A DNA stretch of 64,000 nucleotides, taken from assembly GCA_963674695.2 (NCBI GenBank), contig CAXXGI010000003.1:448001-512000 (forward strand). The letters run 5' to 3'. This document shows positions 49,218 through 58,611 of the stretch, piece after piece. The notes under the pieces were generated by a model. It did no database searches, was not told the origin of the DNA, and saw only the letters and a program-made list of their open reading frames with translations. This DNA is from a bacterium. Lineage in GTDB: Bacteria > UBA10199 > 2-02-FULL-44-16 > JAAZCA01. A program made the position numbers and the translations under genes. Every line of letters begins with the position of its first letter. Positions within the stretch are counted from its first letter, which is position 1.

Positions 49218-49997
49218 CTATGCAGCCGAGGTGCCCAGCTTGAAAGCCTGGCCACAGAACAGATCAACAACGGCTTTGCGAGCCACAGTATCCGAAGTCA
49301 GCGCGCATTTTAGCGCACCGATTCTCAGCTCCGCAGCGTCCGCAGCGCCATCATTCACGACAGCCGCATCAGCAACCACGGATTCGTTGATAACGAGAGC
49401 CGTGCCGGCAGCAACAGCATCAACGCCGGGGTGAACACCGAAGAACTGCACCCAACCGTAGTCATACTGATCGGGAGCACCCATCACGACACCAGCGACC
49501 ATATGGGCCGCATCACCGTCGGCTGAATCGTCCACTGCCCACGGCAGATAAATGACGAAATCGTCATTCACCGCAGGAGCGACCGAAAAAGCATCTGCCG
49601 TGGCAATCGTCACCAGGGTTGCTGTGTTGGCAACAACGATGCCTGACTCCCCTTCAGGAGCCGCACCGGCACCGCCGGCGTCATCAAGACAAACGAGCAG
49701 ACCATCAACGTAAATGTCAGCGGTAAGCCCGGACGTGGTGATTGACGTTGTGGTGCCAGCGGTGATGTTGTTAATCGCCTTCACGGCAATGTATGACTGC
49801 AACTGCCCTGCCGTTGCACCGCCGCTCTGGTCGAAACGCACATACTGGAACCCGCGCAATCCAAACTGCGGGTGCTGATCCCATCTGACACAGCCCTTGA
49901 CCTCCTTGGGCGTAGAACCAACCTCATCCAACAATGTTGCCCAGCCCATACGCTTGTTCGCGTACTGCTGTGAAATTGTACTCGCTGCGATGGTCAT
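49218..49997 (-). CDS. Putative capsid decoration/cement protein
   Basis: FQYVRF, YGWVQFFG, Ala-rich; follows major capsid gene. Confidence 0.6.
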   Translation of the reverse strand: MTIAASTISQQYANKRMGWATLLDEVGSTPKEVKGCVRWDQHPQFGLRGFQYVRFDQSGGATAGQLQSYIAVKAINNITAGTTTSITTSGLTADIYVDGLLVCLDDAGGAGAAPEGESGIVVANTATLVTIATADAFSVAPAVNDDFVIYLPWAVDDSADGDAAHMVAGVVMGAPDQYDYGWVQFFGVHPGVDAVAAGTALVINESVVADAAVVNDGAADAAELRIGALKCALTSDTVARKAVVDLFCGQAFKLGTSAA

Positions 49998-50023
49998 TTC
50001 TGACCTCCTTTCATGGTTTCAGG

Positions 50024-50971
50024 TTATGCCGTCACTCCGCACATCACGCCGCACGCCGCAGCCCGGTCAGTCGTAAACTGGGCGTATAGAAGATACTTCG
50101 CGGCGCTGTAATCACCGTCTGCGGGCTCGATGAATTTCCCGATCGTGAAATTGTAATCTTCGTGGATGTACAGTTTCAGGTGGCGGGTGTTGAGGAGGTA
50201 AATCTTTCCGGACGGGCAGTTGTCGTCAAAAATGACGTCAATCCCCTGGAACTTCAGCGCCTGAAAACCAAGATCGGCAAGCTTCGGGTTCTGGTACTGA
50301 GCCTTGCCCTGGGCAATGTTCTCAAGATACCCAAAGTTCGTGTCGTCCATGACGATGATGTCCGGCTTGTTCGTGCCTCGCGTGAGGCTGCGAATCATCG
50401 TGGACATCTTCGGAACGAGATAAGTTCCGTATGAACCGACCGAGTCATCAACCTTGTTGCGCCAGAAAGCGTTTGTAGCGCGGTTGATTCCACCGAGTGT
50501 TCCGGTGGTCGGGTCGACGTCAACGAGAGCCTGCAAACCGAGAATGTCCTTGCCACCGTTCCCGGTTCCATCACCGAACATCATGACAGACACCTTATCT
50601 GCCATAGAAAGCTCGGCTTGCTCCTTCAACGTCTCAAGGATGCTGATCTGCTTTTCACGACCGGCGTTTCTCGCCCGGGTAATTCCGTCGATTGAAATCG
50701 GGCAGACGGTCTGCTTCCAGTTGAACTCCGCCGCCGTGATTCCACCGGGATCGGAGATGTCAATCGTGTCGCGACCGGCATAGCTCTGTGCGTTGGCCTT
50801 CTTGTAGAGTAGATCGCGCTGGATCTTGTCACCGCCATCGAGCTTGATCGCCTTCTTTAAAACCAAATACTTATACAGAGGAATATTGTTGCTGATATTA
50901 TCAGCCATAGTCTTCTGCAAATTGTTGAATGTCGTCGATGCAACCGCATCAAAATTTGGGTTTCCTGGCAT
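50024..50971 (-). CDS. Major capsid protein (HK97 fold)
   Basis: MADNISNNIPL, GDGTGNGGKDILGL, GGINRATNAFWRN, ALKFQGIDVIFD, IYLLNT. Confidence 0.88.
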   Translation of the reverse strand: MPGNPNFDAVASTTFNNLQKTMADNISNNIPLYKYLVLKKAIKLDGGDKIQRDLLYKKANAQSYAGRDTIDISDPGGITAAEFNWKQTVCPISIDGITRARNAGREKQISILETLKEQAELSMADKVSVMMFGDGTGNGGKDILGLQALVDVDPTTGTLGGINRATNAFWRNKVDDSVGSYGTYLVPKMSTMIRSLTRGTNKPDIIVMDDTNFGYLENIAQGKAQYQNPKLADLGFQALKFQGIDVIFDDNCPSGKIYLLNTRHLKLYIHEDYNFTIGKFIEPADGDYSAAKYLLYAQFTTDRAAACGVMCGVTA

Positions 50972-51019
50972 TGCTTCCTGCCGTGTCCCGATACACTTTC
51001 TTTCCCCCGACAGTTAGGG

Positions 51020-51739
51020 TTATCCGCCGGCAAGTTCTGCTTCAGCTTGCGCGAATGCCTCAGCTACGCTCATCGCATGACCGTTTCCAGAAGTTGAAGG
51101 GGCAGAATTCGGAGCCGAAGCCGGGGTATTCTTGTCCTTGTTCCCGATCTCCGCGTAAATCTTGTCCTTCATCTCCTGTTCGATCTTCGCACGATCTACA
51201 GGGTTCGTCGCATTCCACGCGCTCTCTAAATCGAGAGCCGGAGACTGCGCCATCAGGTCAAGAACCTTGTTGCCCTGCACCTGACCCGTAATCGGGTCCT
51301 TGTAATCGTACTTGCTCCAATCATCGCCGAACTTCGCCTTGCCAACCTCGTATTGCTGCTTGTAGGCTGCCGCAAACTGCTGCTGTACCAGCGGTTGAAG
51401 AACCTTCTTTTCAATGTCCGAACGAATTGCTTGCGCGCCCTCGTAACCGAACTGCTCAACCATCGCATCGTGCTCCTGCTGCGTCATCGGCTGCGGTGCG
51501 TGCGAGGTTTGAGGAATCGATTGTACGCGCTGCAAAAGCCCTTCGTTTCGTGTGCGGAGTTCTTCGGCCTCAGACTCTAACGAGTTCTTTTGATCGTTGA
51601 TCTCCTTGAACCGTTCGTATGGAACCGGACCAGGCGTTTCAGTGTTTTGCGTCCCTGCGGACGGCGCTGGATCGGTCACTGGTTCGACTACTACTGGTTC
51701 GGGCGCTGACGGGGCTCCCTCTGTGTTTACGTCTGTCAT
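51020..51739 (-). CDS. Capsid scaffolding protein
   Basis: VPYERFKEIN coiled coil, acidic; between portal and capsid. Confidence 0.75.
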   Translation of the reverse strand: MTDVNTEGAPSAPEPVVVEPVTDPAPSAGTQNTETPGPVPYERFKEINDQKNSLESEAEELRTRNEGLLQRVQSIPQTSHAPQPMTQQEHDAMVEQFGYEGAQAIRSDIEKKVLQPLVQQQFAAAYKQQYEVGKAKFGDDWSKYDYKDPITGQVQGNKVLDLMAQSPALDLESAWNATNPVDRAKIEQEMKDKIYAEIGNKDKNTPASAPNSAPSTSGNGHAMSVAEAFAQAEAELAGG

Positions 51740-53646
51740 ACTGCACCTCCTGGACCCATCGGTCCCTGAACTGGTGATGGAGCCACAGGACTACCCTGCG
51801 GCCCCGCCCCTGGCGCTGGTAATGGCGCAGGGGTAGGCTGTTCAGCCCCTTTAAAAGACTGACCAGTCATGGGCATCGGCGGCGCACTCGCTGCCTCTGC
51901 CATTTGGTTTGCTTGCATCTGGGCCTCGAACATCTTGTGACCCAAAATGTGGATGATGTTCTCGTTGTTCCCGTTCGATTCCTGCTCGTGAATCATCCGG
52001 TGCTTCTTGTGATTCTCGTTGATCTTCGGCGCAATGTACGAGCCCGCGTTCAATAGCCGCGATTCTTCCATCGGATTATCTTTCTTCATCGTGAGGTTGT
52101 CGTTTCGCACGTCAAACACCTCGACCGCTTCGTTAAGGACTTCTTCAATATCCAGTCCAGGCATGAGGTTCCCGGTAGCCACAAACTTCATGAACCCCTG
52201 GAATTTCGCCATGCGGGTCTGGTCATTGTCCGGCATGGTTGACCCGGCCTTGATCCTGACCTTGAGCTTCTTTGAAATATCCTTCTTGGTAATCTTGAGG
52301 AATGGATGCTTCGCGGTCCCCTCGATCGTTTCGCCGAGACGGTCCTGATAATCCATGAACTTGTTGTCGGTCATGCCTGTCAGGGCGACAGTCTTCGTTG
52401 CGCTGTAGTTTTTCTGCATCAACTGAATCCACTTTCCGGCAATGGATGCAATCACCTCTTCAAGCCGCTCAAGGTTCTCGCTCGAAATCTCCTGCGCGGC
52501 CATCTCGACGGCCTTAACTTCCGTTGCTGTTTTTTCACCGGAGGTCTGACGCGGTGCTTGCTTGCTTATTGTCTGGATGTCCTGACGAACTGCTTGCTCT
52601 GCGGCAAAAAGCTGCGGGTCAAGGGCTGCGTGCGTGAGTGGTTCTACATCCTGACTCGCACCAAGTTCAACAACGACCGAATCATCACTCGACTTCAACT
52701 GCGCCTTCTGCGTCTCGTCCAGATCGCCACGGGCCTTATATTTCGAATTCCCCTTCTTCGCATGGTTCAAAAGCATCGTCCGGAACGTCGCGAGCTCAAT
52801 TAGTTGGTCACGCCAGAAGAAATAATCTGATTTTGTATCAGGGCGGTCCGGGATGTCGTTGTATTCGAGGAAATCATACATCGTATCGAACGGATAAGTC
52901 TTGCTCTCCGGTTTCTTCACGAACTTATCGATCCCCTCGACGATTACGCAAACCTTTCCATTCTTCCGGTCTTCAATCTCGTAATAGGTACCATACTGAA
53001 AATCGCTTTTAACTTCGTTCCCGTAGTCATCCAGGTCCTTTGATCCCTTGTCCGACTTCGTAACCGTGATGTCGCTCCGCTTCTTAATCCAGAACTTCTC
53101 GGCGATGTCGGATACCTTCGACTCGATCTCATGTGCAATCCACGGGGACGTTTTCCAGCTCGTGGCACTCGGGTCTTTGAGCAATTGCTTCAACGGCACC
53201 CGATCGGTTCGCACGTCGTCATTCTTGACGCGATCGTCCCACTCGTCCTTTACGAAGTTCTTCTTGAAGTTGAAGTACGTCTTGAACCCGCAAACACCGT
53301 AGAACTTCGTGCTCTTGATCCCATCCCGCATCAGCGATTTCATCTTCAACTCGGGCCATTTGATATTGACCGCAAGCTCGGCGCGCTCCGCGTCCTGCTC
53401 GGCGCCGGGCTCGTCGGGATCGATAAATATCTTGGGATTTCGGGAATAGTATTCAGGGACGGACTGCTTCATGTCGACGTAGACGAGATTTACCGCCACG
53501 CCGTCAACAAAGCCCGCTTTTGATGGAATCTTGCCTTCGTAGTGCTCGACGGACTTATCACCGTCTTTGAGCACTGGCTTTCGCGCTTCCTTCGCAAGCG
53601 AAATGCGGGCCTTCCAAACGTCGTATTGTTCTTTTAGCGTTGCTAT
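51736..53646 (-). CDS. Portal protein (open frame extends to an ATA codon at 53646; first standard start is GTG 53574)
   Basis: About 630 aa after terminase; KTATEV motif; Pro/Gln-rich tail; position before scaffold. Confidence 0.8.
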   Translation of the reverse strand: MATLKEQYDVWKARISLAKEARKPVLKDGDKSVEHYEGKIPSKAGFVDGVAVNLVYVDMKQSVPEYYSRNPKIFIDPDEPGAEQDAERAELAVNIKWPELKMKSLMRDGIKSTKFYGVCGFKTYFNFKKNFVKDEWDDRVKNDDVRTDRVPLKQLLKDPSATSWKTSPWIAHEIESKVSDIAEKFWIKKRSDITVTKSDKGSKDLDDYGNEVKSDFQYGTYYEIEDRKNGKVCVIVEGIDKFVKKPESKTYPFDTMYDFLEYNDIPDRPDTKSDYFFWRDQLIELATFRTMLLNHAKKGNSKYKARGDLDETQKAQLKSSDDSVVVELGASQDVEPLTHAALDPQLFAAEQAVRQDIQTISKQAPRQTSGEKTATEVKAVEMAAQEISSENLERLEEVIASIAGKWIQLMQKNYSATKTVALTGMTDNKFMDYQDRLGETIEGTAKHPFLKITKKDISKKLKVRIKAGSTMPDNDQTRMAKFQGFMKFVATGNLMPGLDIEEVLNEAVEVFDVRNDNLTMKKDNPMEESRLLNAGSYIAPKINENHKKHRMIHEQESNGNNENIIHILGHKMFEAQMQANQMAEAASAPPMPMTGQSFKGAEQPTPAPLPAPGAGPQGSPVAPSPVQGPMGPGGAV

Positions 53647-53687
53647 GACTCAACTGCTGCCACCCGACCGACTTGCTTTCCCCCGAC

Positions 53688-54011
53688 CTACGGTTTCTGC
53701 GCACCAATAAACACCAGAGCCTTGATCCCCTCGACAAGTGGCAGGCGCCGCGTGTACTCTTCCGGACTCTTCACGCGCGCTTTCAAGCACTCCAACTCCG
53801 AAGCGTAGAGGTTCGCCTTGATCTTATCAAGATCGTAACTATCGCAGTTCATTGCGAAGCAATCCTTGCACATTCCGACGATCGTTCTTTGCCCGCCGTC
53901 ACGGATGATGTGCACGTTTCTCCCGGCGAGGTCGATTCCCTGTGAAAGTTCCTCAACCGTCCACCGTGGTTCGCCGCAATTTACGCATCCGCCTTGCCAT
54001 TGTTTCGGCAT
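53688..54011 (-). CDS. Hypothetical Zn-ribbon protein
   Basis: CVNC...CKDC pairs. Confidence 0.5.
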   Translation of the reverse strand: MPKQWQGGCVNCGEPRWTVEELSQGIDLAGRNVHIIRDGGQRTIVGMCKDCFAMNCDSYDLDKIKANLYASELECLKARVKSPEEYTRRLPLVEGIKALVFIGAQKP

Positions 54012-54235
54012 GTGACACCGTCTTTCAAGTAGAACAAAACATGCTGACAAACCGGACACACCACCTTTGAACCAAGTTCCGGCAATAAATATCCGCTCAA
54101 TGAGACAAGACTCCTCTCGTCCAATATAGATTCACGTCCGATTTCACGCCACCCTCTGACATAAAATAGGTCGAGTTCGCAATTCGGGCAGTCAATGACT
54201 CCATGTGTGGAATGGATATAAACATCAGCTCTCAT
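53981..54235 (-). CDS. Hypothetical Zn-ribbon protein
   Basis: CPNC...CPVC pairs; RBS GAGG. Confidence 0.5.
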   Translation of the reverse strand: MRADVYIHSTHGVIDCPNCELDLFYVRGWREIGRESILDERSLVSLSGYLLPELGSKVVCPVCQHVLFYLKDGVTCRNNGKADA

Positions 54236-54302
54236 GTATTGCCTCGCTCTGATCGGGGGGGCTGGGGTGTCGGGTTCCCCTGCCCGCCTAGGATGTCCCC
54301 GA

Positions 54303-55694
54303 TCACAACGCCCCAATTCTCCGGGGTTTCAATTTCTCCTCACGTTCCGCCTGTCGTTCCGCCGCTTCCATCATCGTCATTTTCTTGTCCTGGTTCTTCC
54401 ACAACGGCGGCCGACTCATCAGTCCAAGCCTACAGCTTTCAAGCGCGTGATCGACACAGTCATCAGCAATATCCTCGACGTTTCTTTTGCTGTGATATGC
54501 TGACGTTAATTCCTCAATCAAATTCACGCATTGATTCGATATGTGCCACCACGAAGACTTCCCCCCCTGATAGTCTCGAAGTCTCAAGTAATCCCTCATC
54601 CGCGACCAGCCATCAATGCGCGACGAATCGCCCATCACCATCGGCACGCCGTTTTCGGCCCAAATGTCAGACCGTTTGACACTGGCCAACTTTCCATGTT
54701 TCCAATGCTCCACCTTGACCGGAAAGCTCTGTGGATCGCCGACAGTGTATTTGACGTCTTCGCTTTCCGCTGTGTAGCTGGCGACCTCTTGAGCGGCGAC
54801 GATGTCGTGCTTTTCGGTTTCATAATATTCCCGATACGTGTAAATGTGCTGATCCGGTCCTATCGCGTGCCAATAAACAGCCATCGGACTCGTGTATCCC
54901 CAATCTACTGTCCTGAACCGTGGCCAACTTTCAAGGATGCGAATATCAGCAGGGCTGTAAACGTGATGAACCCGATCAAACTCTGTGAAGTACGCCCCTT
55001 CGAATACATCCCAATTTCCATCTCTCCACGCTGATCGAAGAGGCTCCGGCAGACCGTTTAAAAAGTTCAGGTAATCCGGATCCTTTTTCATCAGCGTGGG
55101 GTTGTCTGTCACCTTCCCCGGAATGAATATTCTCGTCCTGCCAGTCACGGGATCAACGTATTTCGTCCCAGGTGGCGCGATCGATACGAACCGACCCTTG
55201 ACCCATCCGTGCCCAGGACCGCCAGGGTTCGACGTGTTGAACACCCTTGCGTCAATGCCATCAACCGTGGAGCGACAGGAGCTTATCAGCTTCAGGTAGC
55301 GTTTCTCGCTCGGTATCTGCGTCAACTCCTCGATCAACATCCGCTGATATTCATGCCCCTGGTACTTCTCGTAGGCGTTCTCGTCCTTGAGGTGGCCCGT
55401 CCTGATCTTCGCTCCGGAAGGAAACCTGATTTCCGCCGGTTGACCGATCACTTCGCCACCGCTTGACGCGTACATGAACCGTGCGCGGTCCAGCCAATCC
55501 CTCAAATCGTCCGCGTTCTTGCGGATCACCAACCCCCTGTATCGAGGGAACCGAATCGGCTTGGTCATCCACACGATTCCCCCATCCGTCTTCCCTGGCC
55601 CCCTTGCCCCCCCATAGAGGAGTTCAAACGCCACGGTCCGTAACGCCATCTCTTGCGGTCCGGGGTGAGGCTTCCATGTCAAAGAGCTACTCAT
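54303..55694 (-). CDS. terL: Terminase large subunit
   Basis: Walker A YGGARGPGKT, Walker B MLIEE, TSNPGGPGHGWVK, nuclease VDWG and DHALESCR. Confidence 0.95.
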   Translation of the reverse strand: MSSSLTWKPHPGPQEMALRTVAFELLYGGARGPGKTDGGIVWMTKPIRFPRYRGLVIRKNADDLRDWLDRARFMYASSGGEVIGQPAEIRFPSGAKIRTGHLKDENAYEKYQGHEYQRMLIEELTQIPSEKRYLKLISSCRSTVDGIDARVFNTSNPGGPGHGWVKGRFVSIAPPGTKYVDPVTGRTRIFIPGKVTDNPTLMKKDPDYLNFLNGLPEPLRSAWRDGNWDVFEGAYFTEFDRVHHVYSPADIRILESWPRFRTVDWGYTSPMAVYWHAIGPDQHIYTYREYYETEKHDIVAAQEVASYTAESEDVKYTVGDPQSFPVKVEHWKHGKLASVKRSDIWAENGVPMVMGDSSRIDGWSRMRDYLRLRDYQGGKSSWWHISNQCVNLIEELTSAYHSKRNVEDIADDCVDHALESCRLGLMSRPPLWKNQDKKMTMMEAAERQAEREEKLKPRRIGAL

Positions 55695-56130
55695 CTTCCT
55701 TCGGCACGTAGAGTACTATCCCAACAGGTCTATCGGGATCGCCGGACAATTCGCTTTTGTCCGTCCACTTGTGCATATTCTTCAATGCAAAAATCGTTGC
55801 GGAAGGAACGAGCGAACCGGACATCATCCCACAGACCATCTTGTTCAATTGAATATCCTTGGCCATTTTATATGCCATGGAAAATTCGTCATGTTTTCCG
55901 CACCATTCAATCAACGTCCCGGTGTGAACGCCTATTTTGTCAGCGAAACCCTCGAAGAAGTTTGGAAGCTCACCGAGCTTGTGTTCGGTGACGTTGCCCT
56001 CATACGAAAACAGCTTGTAGACATCTTCCCCACCATCGCGCATGTGGTCGATAAGCTGCTGGCAATACTCTGGCTTGTATTTAGTGGGGCGACCAACCGG
56101 ACGTTTGCTCTTTTTCGGTTTATTGCTCAA
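55687..56130 (-). CDS. terS: Terminase small subunit
   Basis: GRPTKYKPEYC, HTH GFADKIGVHTGTLIEW...EFSMA, IFALKN; TTG start after GAGAGG; overlaps terL. Confidence 0.82.
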   Translation of the reverse strand: MSNKPKKSKRPVGRPTKYKPEYCQQLIDHMRDGGEDVYKLFSYEGNVTEHKLGELPNFFEGFADKIGVHTGTLIEWCGKHDEFSMAYKMAKDIQLNKMVCGMMSGSLVPSATIFALKNMHKWTDKSELSGDPDRPVGIVLYVPKEDE

Positions 56131-56255
56131 AGTACCTCTCCCGCGTTTCGCAGGAAAGGGCGGGCATCTCACCGTGGGGGTAAATTGAAATGCTGACGAG
56201 CGTGCCCGGTTCCCTTCCCACACATCAGAGATTAGCACGCCGTCAAGAATAACGC

Positions 56256-56471
56256 CTATGGGATTGAATGGTAGAGTGTGGTTTTGTTCGGTAGGTTTTT
56301 TGATTTCACGATGTTTTTGTCCATCCACTTCACAAGATCGCATTCCTCAACGACGATCCTTCCGTTGATTCGCTTGATTGGGAGCGGGCTGCTTTCATGC
56401 CACCGCCTCACGGTTTCCCAGCTTCGCCCGACTCTCTTTCCTATACCCTTCCATCCCCACAGTAAGCTCAT
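56256..56471 (-). CDS. Small HTH (Xis/MerR-like) DNA-binding protein
   Basis: GWKGIGKRVGRSWETVRRW...LPIKRING...LVKW. Confidence 0.7.
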   Translation of the reverse strand: MSLLWGWKGIGKRVGRSWETVRRWHESSPLPIKRINGRIVVEECDLVKWMDKNIVKSKNLPNKTTLYHSIP

Positions 56472-56734
56472 ATCAACCCCCCAGGTCCTATAGCAATCGT
56501 CACTTTCTCCAAACCAACCTCCATTCGGATTCTACGAATCATGGCTTCGATGTTTTCGGAAACTGACAGTCTGCCATCCCAACGTCCTCCGATGCGTATC
56601 TCGTCGATACACCGCTCGCGCTCTATTGCAACGGCTTTGGCAATAGCCTCATCCCAACATTCCTGGCATGGCATATGGATCGGAGCGTTTGCAATACTGC
56701 CTCCACAATGTCTTGTGCATCTTGTCTCACTCAT
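56468..56734 (-). CDS. Phage hypothetical protein (ERERC module)
   Basis: AVAIERERC motif; RBS GGGGAG. Confidence 0.55.
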   Translation of the reverse strand: MSETRCTRHCGGSIANAPIHMPCQECWDEAIAKAVAIERERCIDEIRIGGRWDGRLSVSENIEAMIRRIRMEVGLEKVTIAIGPGGLI

Positions 56735-56809
56735 CACTCCCCCTTGCGGCATCAACTCGTTTTCGTATGCTCTCCACCTGTTCTTCTTTCTGTGTCATTG
56801 CCCCCCCCC

Positions 56810-57124
56810 TCATTCCTCACGGCCACTTTGTCCAGTGAGAAGCTCAATTTGCTGGGCAACTCTCTGAAATCCAGTCTGCTTATTCTTGACAGACTGCTCA
56901 TTCAGCGTCGAAAGGTGCTGCAACAATTGCCCCTGAATCTTTCCGAGTTCCGCATATAGGTTCGTCATGAAAGCAATGAGGCCCGCAAGCTGTTTGTCGG
57001 CTTTAAGAACCGCGTTGTCCTCGGACTCTTGTATTTCAAGTCGAAGTCCTCCGTTTATCCGTCTTTGCTGTTCCAAGCACTGTTCCAACCAGCAGATCTT
57101 TTTTTCATAGACTTTATTTTCCAT
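56810..57124 (-). CDS. Phage hypothetical coiled-coil protein
   Basis: RBS GGAGG; heptad pattern. Confidence 0.55.
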   Translation of the reverse strand: MENKVYEKKICWLEQCLEQQRRINGGLRLEIQESEDNAVLKADKQLAGLIAFMTNLYAELGKIQGQLLQHLSTLNEQSVKNKQTGFQRVAQQIELLTGQSGREE

Positions 57125-57150
57125 GGTTCCTCCCTTTTTTCTTTGGATCA

Positions 57151-57381
57151 TTAAAGTATCATCACCTCTGCCGGATAAAGTATTGGTACACCGATCAAAC
57201 TTATATCAAGCAACGTACCCTCATAACCTACCGGACACCTAGCAACGTCTCTCAACCACCTCGCAACATCTTCGCGGTTTCCTTTCGAGGTCAGTATTGC
57301 TTTCGGCCTAAGCCCTCTTTCCAGTTCAAAATGCCTGCACGACTTAATTAAATCCTCGAGATTGTTTATTTCGAGAGACAT
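57151..57381 (-). CDS. Phage hypothetical protein
   Basis: RBS GGGGAG; abuts upstream stop. Confidence 0.5.
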   Translation of the reverse strand: MSLEINNLEDLIKSCRHFELERGLRPKAILTSKGNREDVARWLRDVARCPVGYEGTLLDISLIGVPILYPAEVMIL

Positions 57382-57858
57382 TCACTCCCCCTTTCGGATC
57401 GCTTCCAGTACGGCAGAGCAACATCCGCACAGCGCATTGTACTCATCGATTGTGAGTACAACGACGTTTCCTGCGCTGTTGTGTCCTGGATTTACGTCAT
57501 TGATAATAAGTCTGGTTTCTTCAGCCCACAACACTTCCACTTTCCTCATACACCGCTCCCTCTCTGCCGCTACACCACGACTCCACGCAAGCGAGCAATT
57601 CAACTCATAATCAGCAGCCCATCGTTTGAGATTTTTTGCCATTTCTTTATCCATCACTTCCATTTTCTGTACTTCTTTCATCAGCCGATCGATCTCCTCA
57701 CGCATCCGCTCCTCTGTCCTGCACATCTCGGCCAGGTATGGGCATGTTGATATGCAGTTGTTCGTTGGTTTATCCGTCGCTCCCTTACTCGTATTGCGGC
57801 GGCTATACTCAAACCCAGCCTGTGCTATCGTTTCGGCTAACGGCTTGTCACTATCCAT
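57382..57858 (-). CDS. Phage hypothetical protein (mosaic, ERERC module)
   Basis: Shares a 109-bp block with 58074-58364; AAERERC; ends IRKGE. Confidence 0.6.
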   Translation of the reverse strand: MDSDKPLAETIAQAGFEYSRRNTSKGATDKPTNNCISTCPYLAEMCRTEERMREEIDRLMKEVQKMEVMDKEMAKNLKRWAADYELNCSLAWSRGVAAERERCMRKVEVLWAEETRLIINDVNPGHNSAGNVVVLTIDEYNALCGCCSAVLEAIRKGE

Positions 57859-58207
57859 CGCTCCCCCCTTCTAATTCGATCCACGATCAGCTGCGCTTCG
57901 TTATCGGACGAACACAGCCCGAAGATGATCGAGCAGCACCGCTCACGCTCTTTGGCAGCTGCCTCTTTCGTTATCTTCTCTTCGTGTTCGCAGATACATA
58001 GCATCTGTTCATAATTCTCGTCGTTCATATAATCGGAACCGCATTTTGGGCATCTTCCATACATAACTACCTCCTATCGCTCGCGCTCGGCCTCCTTCTC
58101 TTTCAGCAGCCGATCGATCTCATCACGCAGCCGCTCCTCTGTCCTACACATCTCGGCCAGGTATGGGCATGTCGATATGCAGTTGTTCGTTGGTTTATCC
58201 GTCGCTC
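57674..58207. repeat. 109-bp direct repeat (57674-57782 and 58099-58207)
   Basis: 5 mismatches by manual alignment. Confidence 0.9.
57837..58064 (-). CDS. Phage hypothetical protein (Zn-ribbon-like start plus ERERC module)
   Basis: CPKC; ERERCCSIIFGLCSSDNEAQ. Confidence 0.6.
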   Translation of the reverse strand: MYGRCPKCGSDYMNDENYEQMLCICEHEEKITKEAAAKERERCCSIIFGLCSSDNEAQLIVDRIRRGERWIVTSR

Positions 58208-58454
58208 TCTGATTGTTTTCGATTGCTTCCGATGCGATGGCGCATAGTTTTTCTATAAGCCTTTCTGGATTTACCACAACATCCGTCAGAGGATTCCATG
58301 TATCGTCCGTTCCCCTATCTCCTATTGCCGCCATAATAGCTTCTCTGATTTCCTTATCCATCACTCCCCCTTTCTGATTCTATCTACGATCCGTTGCGCC
58401 TCGTTGTCCGACGAACACAGCCCAAAGATGATCGAGCAGCACCGCTCACGCTCT
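57852..58454. repeat. 100-bp direct repeat (57852-57951 and 58355-58454)
   Basis: About 11 mismatches by manual alignment; spans gene end, RBS and next start. Confidence 0.88.
58074..58364 (-). CDS. Phage hypothetical protein (mosaic)
   Basis: ATDKPTNNCISTCPYLAEMCRTEE block; ends AERER. Confidence 0.6.
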   Translation of the reverse strand: MMDKEIREAIMAAIGDRGTDDTWNPLTDVVVNPERLIEKLCAIASEAIENNQRATDKPTNNCISTCPYLAEMCRTEERLRDEIDRLLKEKEAERER

Positions 58455-58576
58455 GTTGCGACGGCATCACATATTGCCTCCAAGCAAAATGACGAAGACA
58501 GCATTTGTCCAGGCTGCACTTTATCCCCGTCGAGATAGTTATTCTCGAACCACTTTTTAAGCTCATCGTGTGTCAT
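58361..58576 (-). CDS. Phage hypothetical protein (ERERC module)
   Basis: Start MTHDELK; ERERCCSIIFGLCSSDNEAQ...IRKGE. Confidence 0.6.
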   Translation of the reverse strand: MTHDELKKWFENNYLDGDKVQPGQMLSSSFCLEAICDAVATERERCCSIIFGLCSSDNEAQRIVDRIRKGE

Positions 58577-58611
58577 TTCTTCATCTCCCTCTCCAGATCC
58601 TCCAACGCCCT

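Noticed and set aside
57674-58454. DGR template/variable repeat pair
   Set aside because: Mismatches are not confined to adenines of one copy on either strand, and no reverse transcriptase is present in the window.
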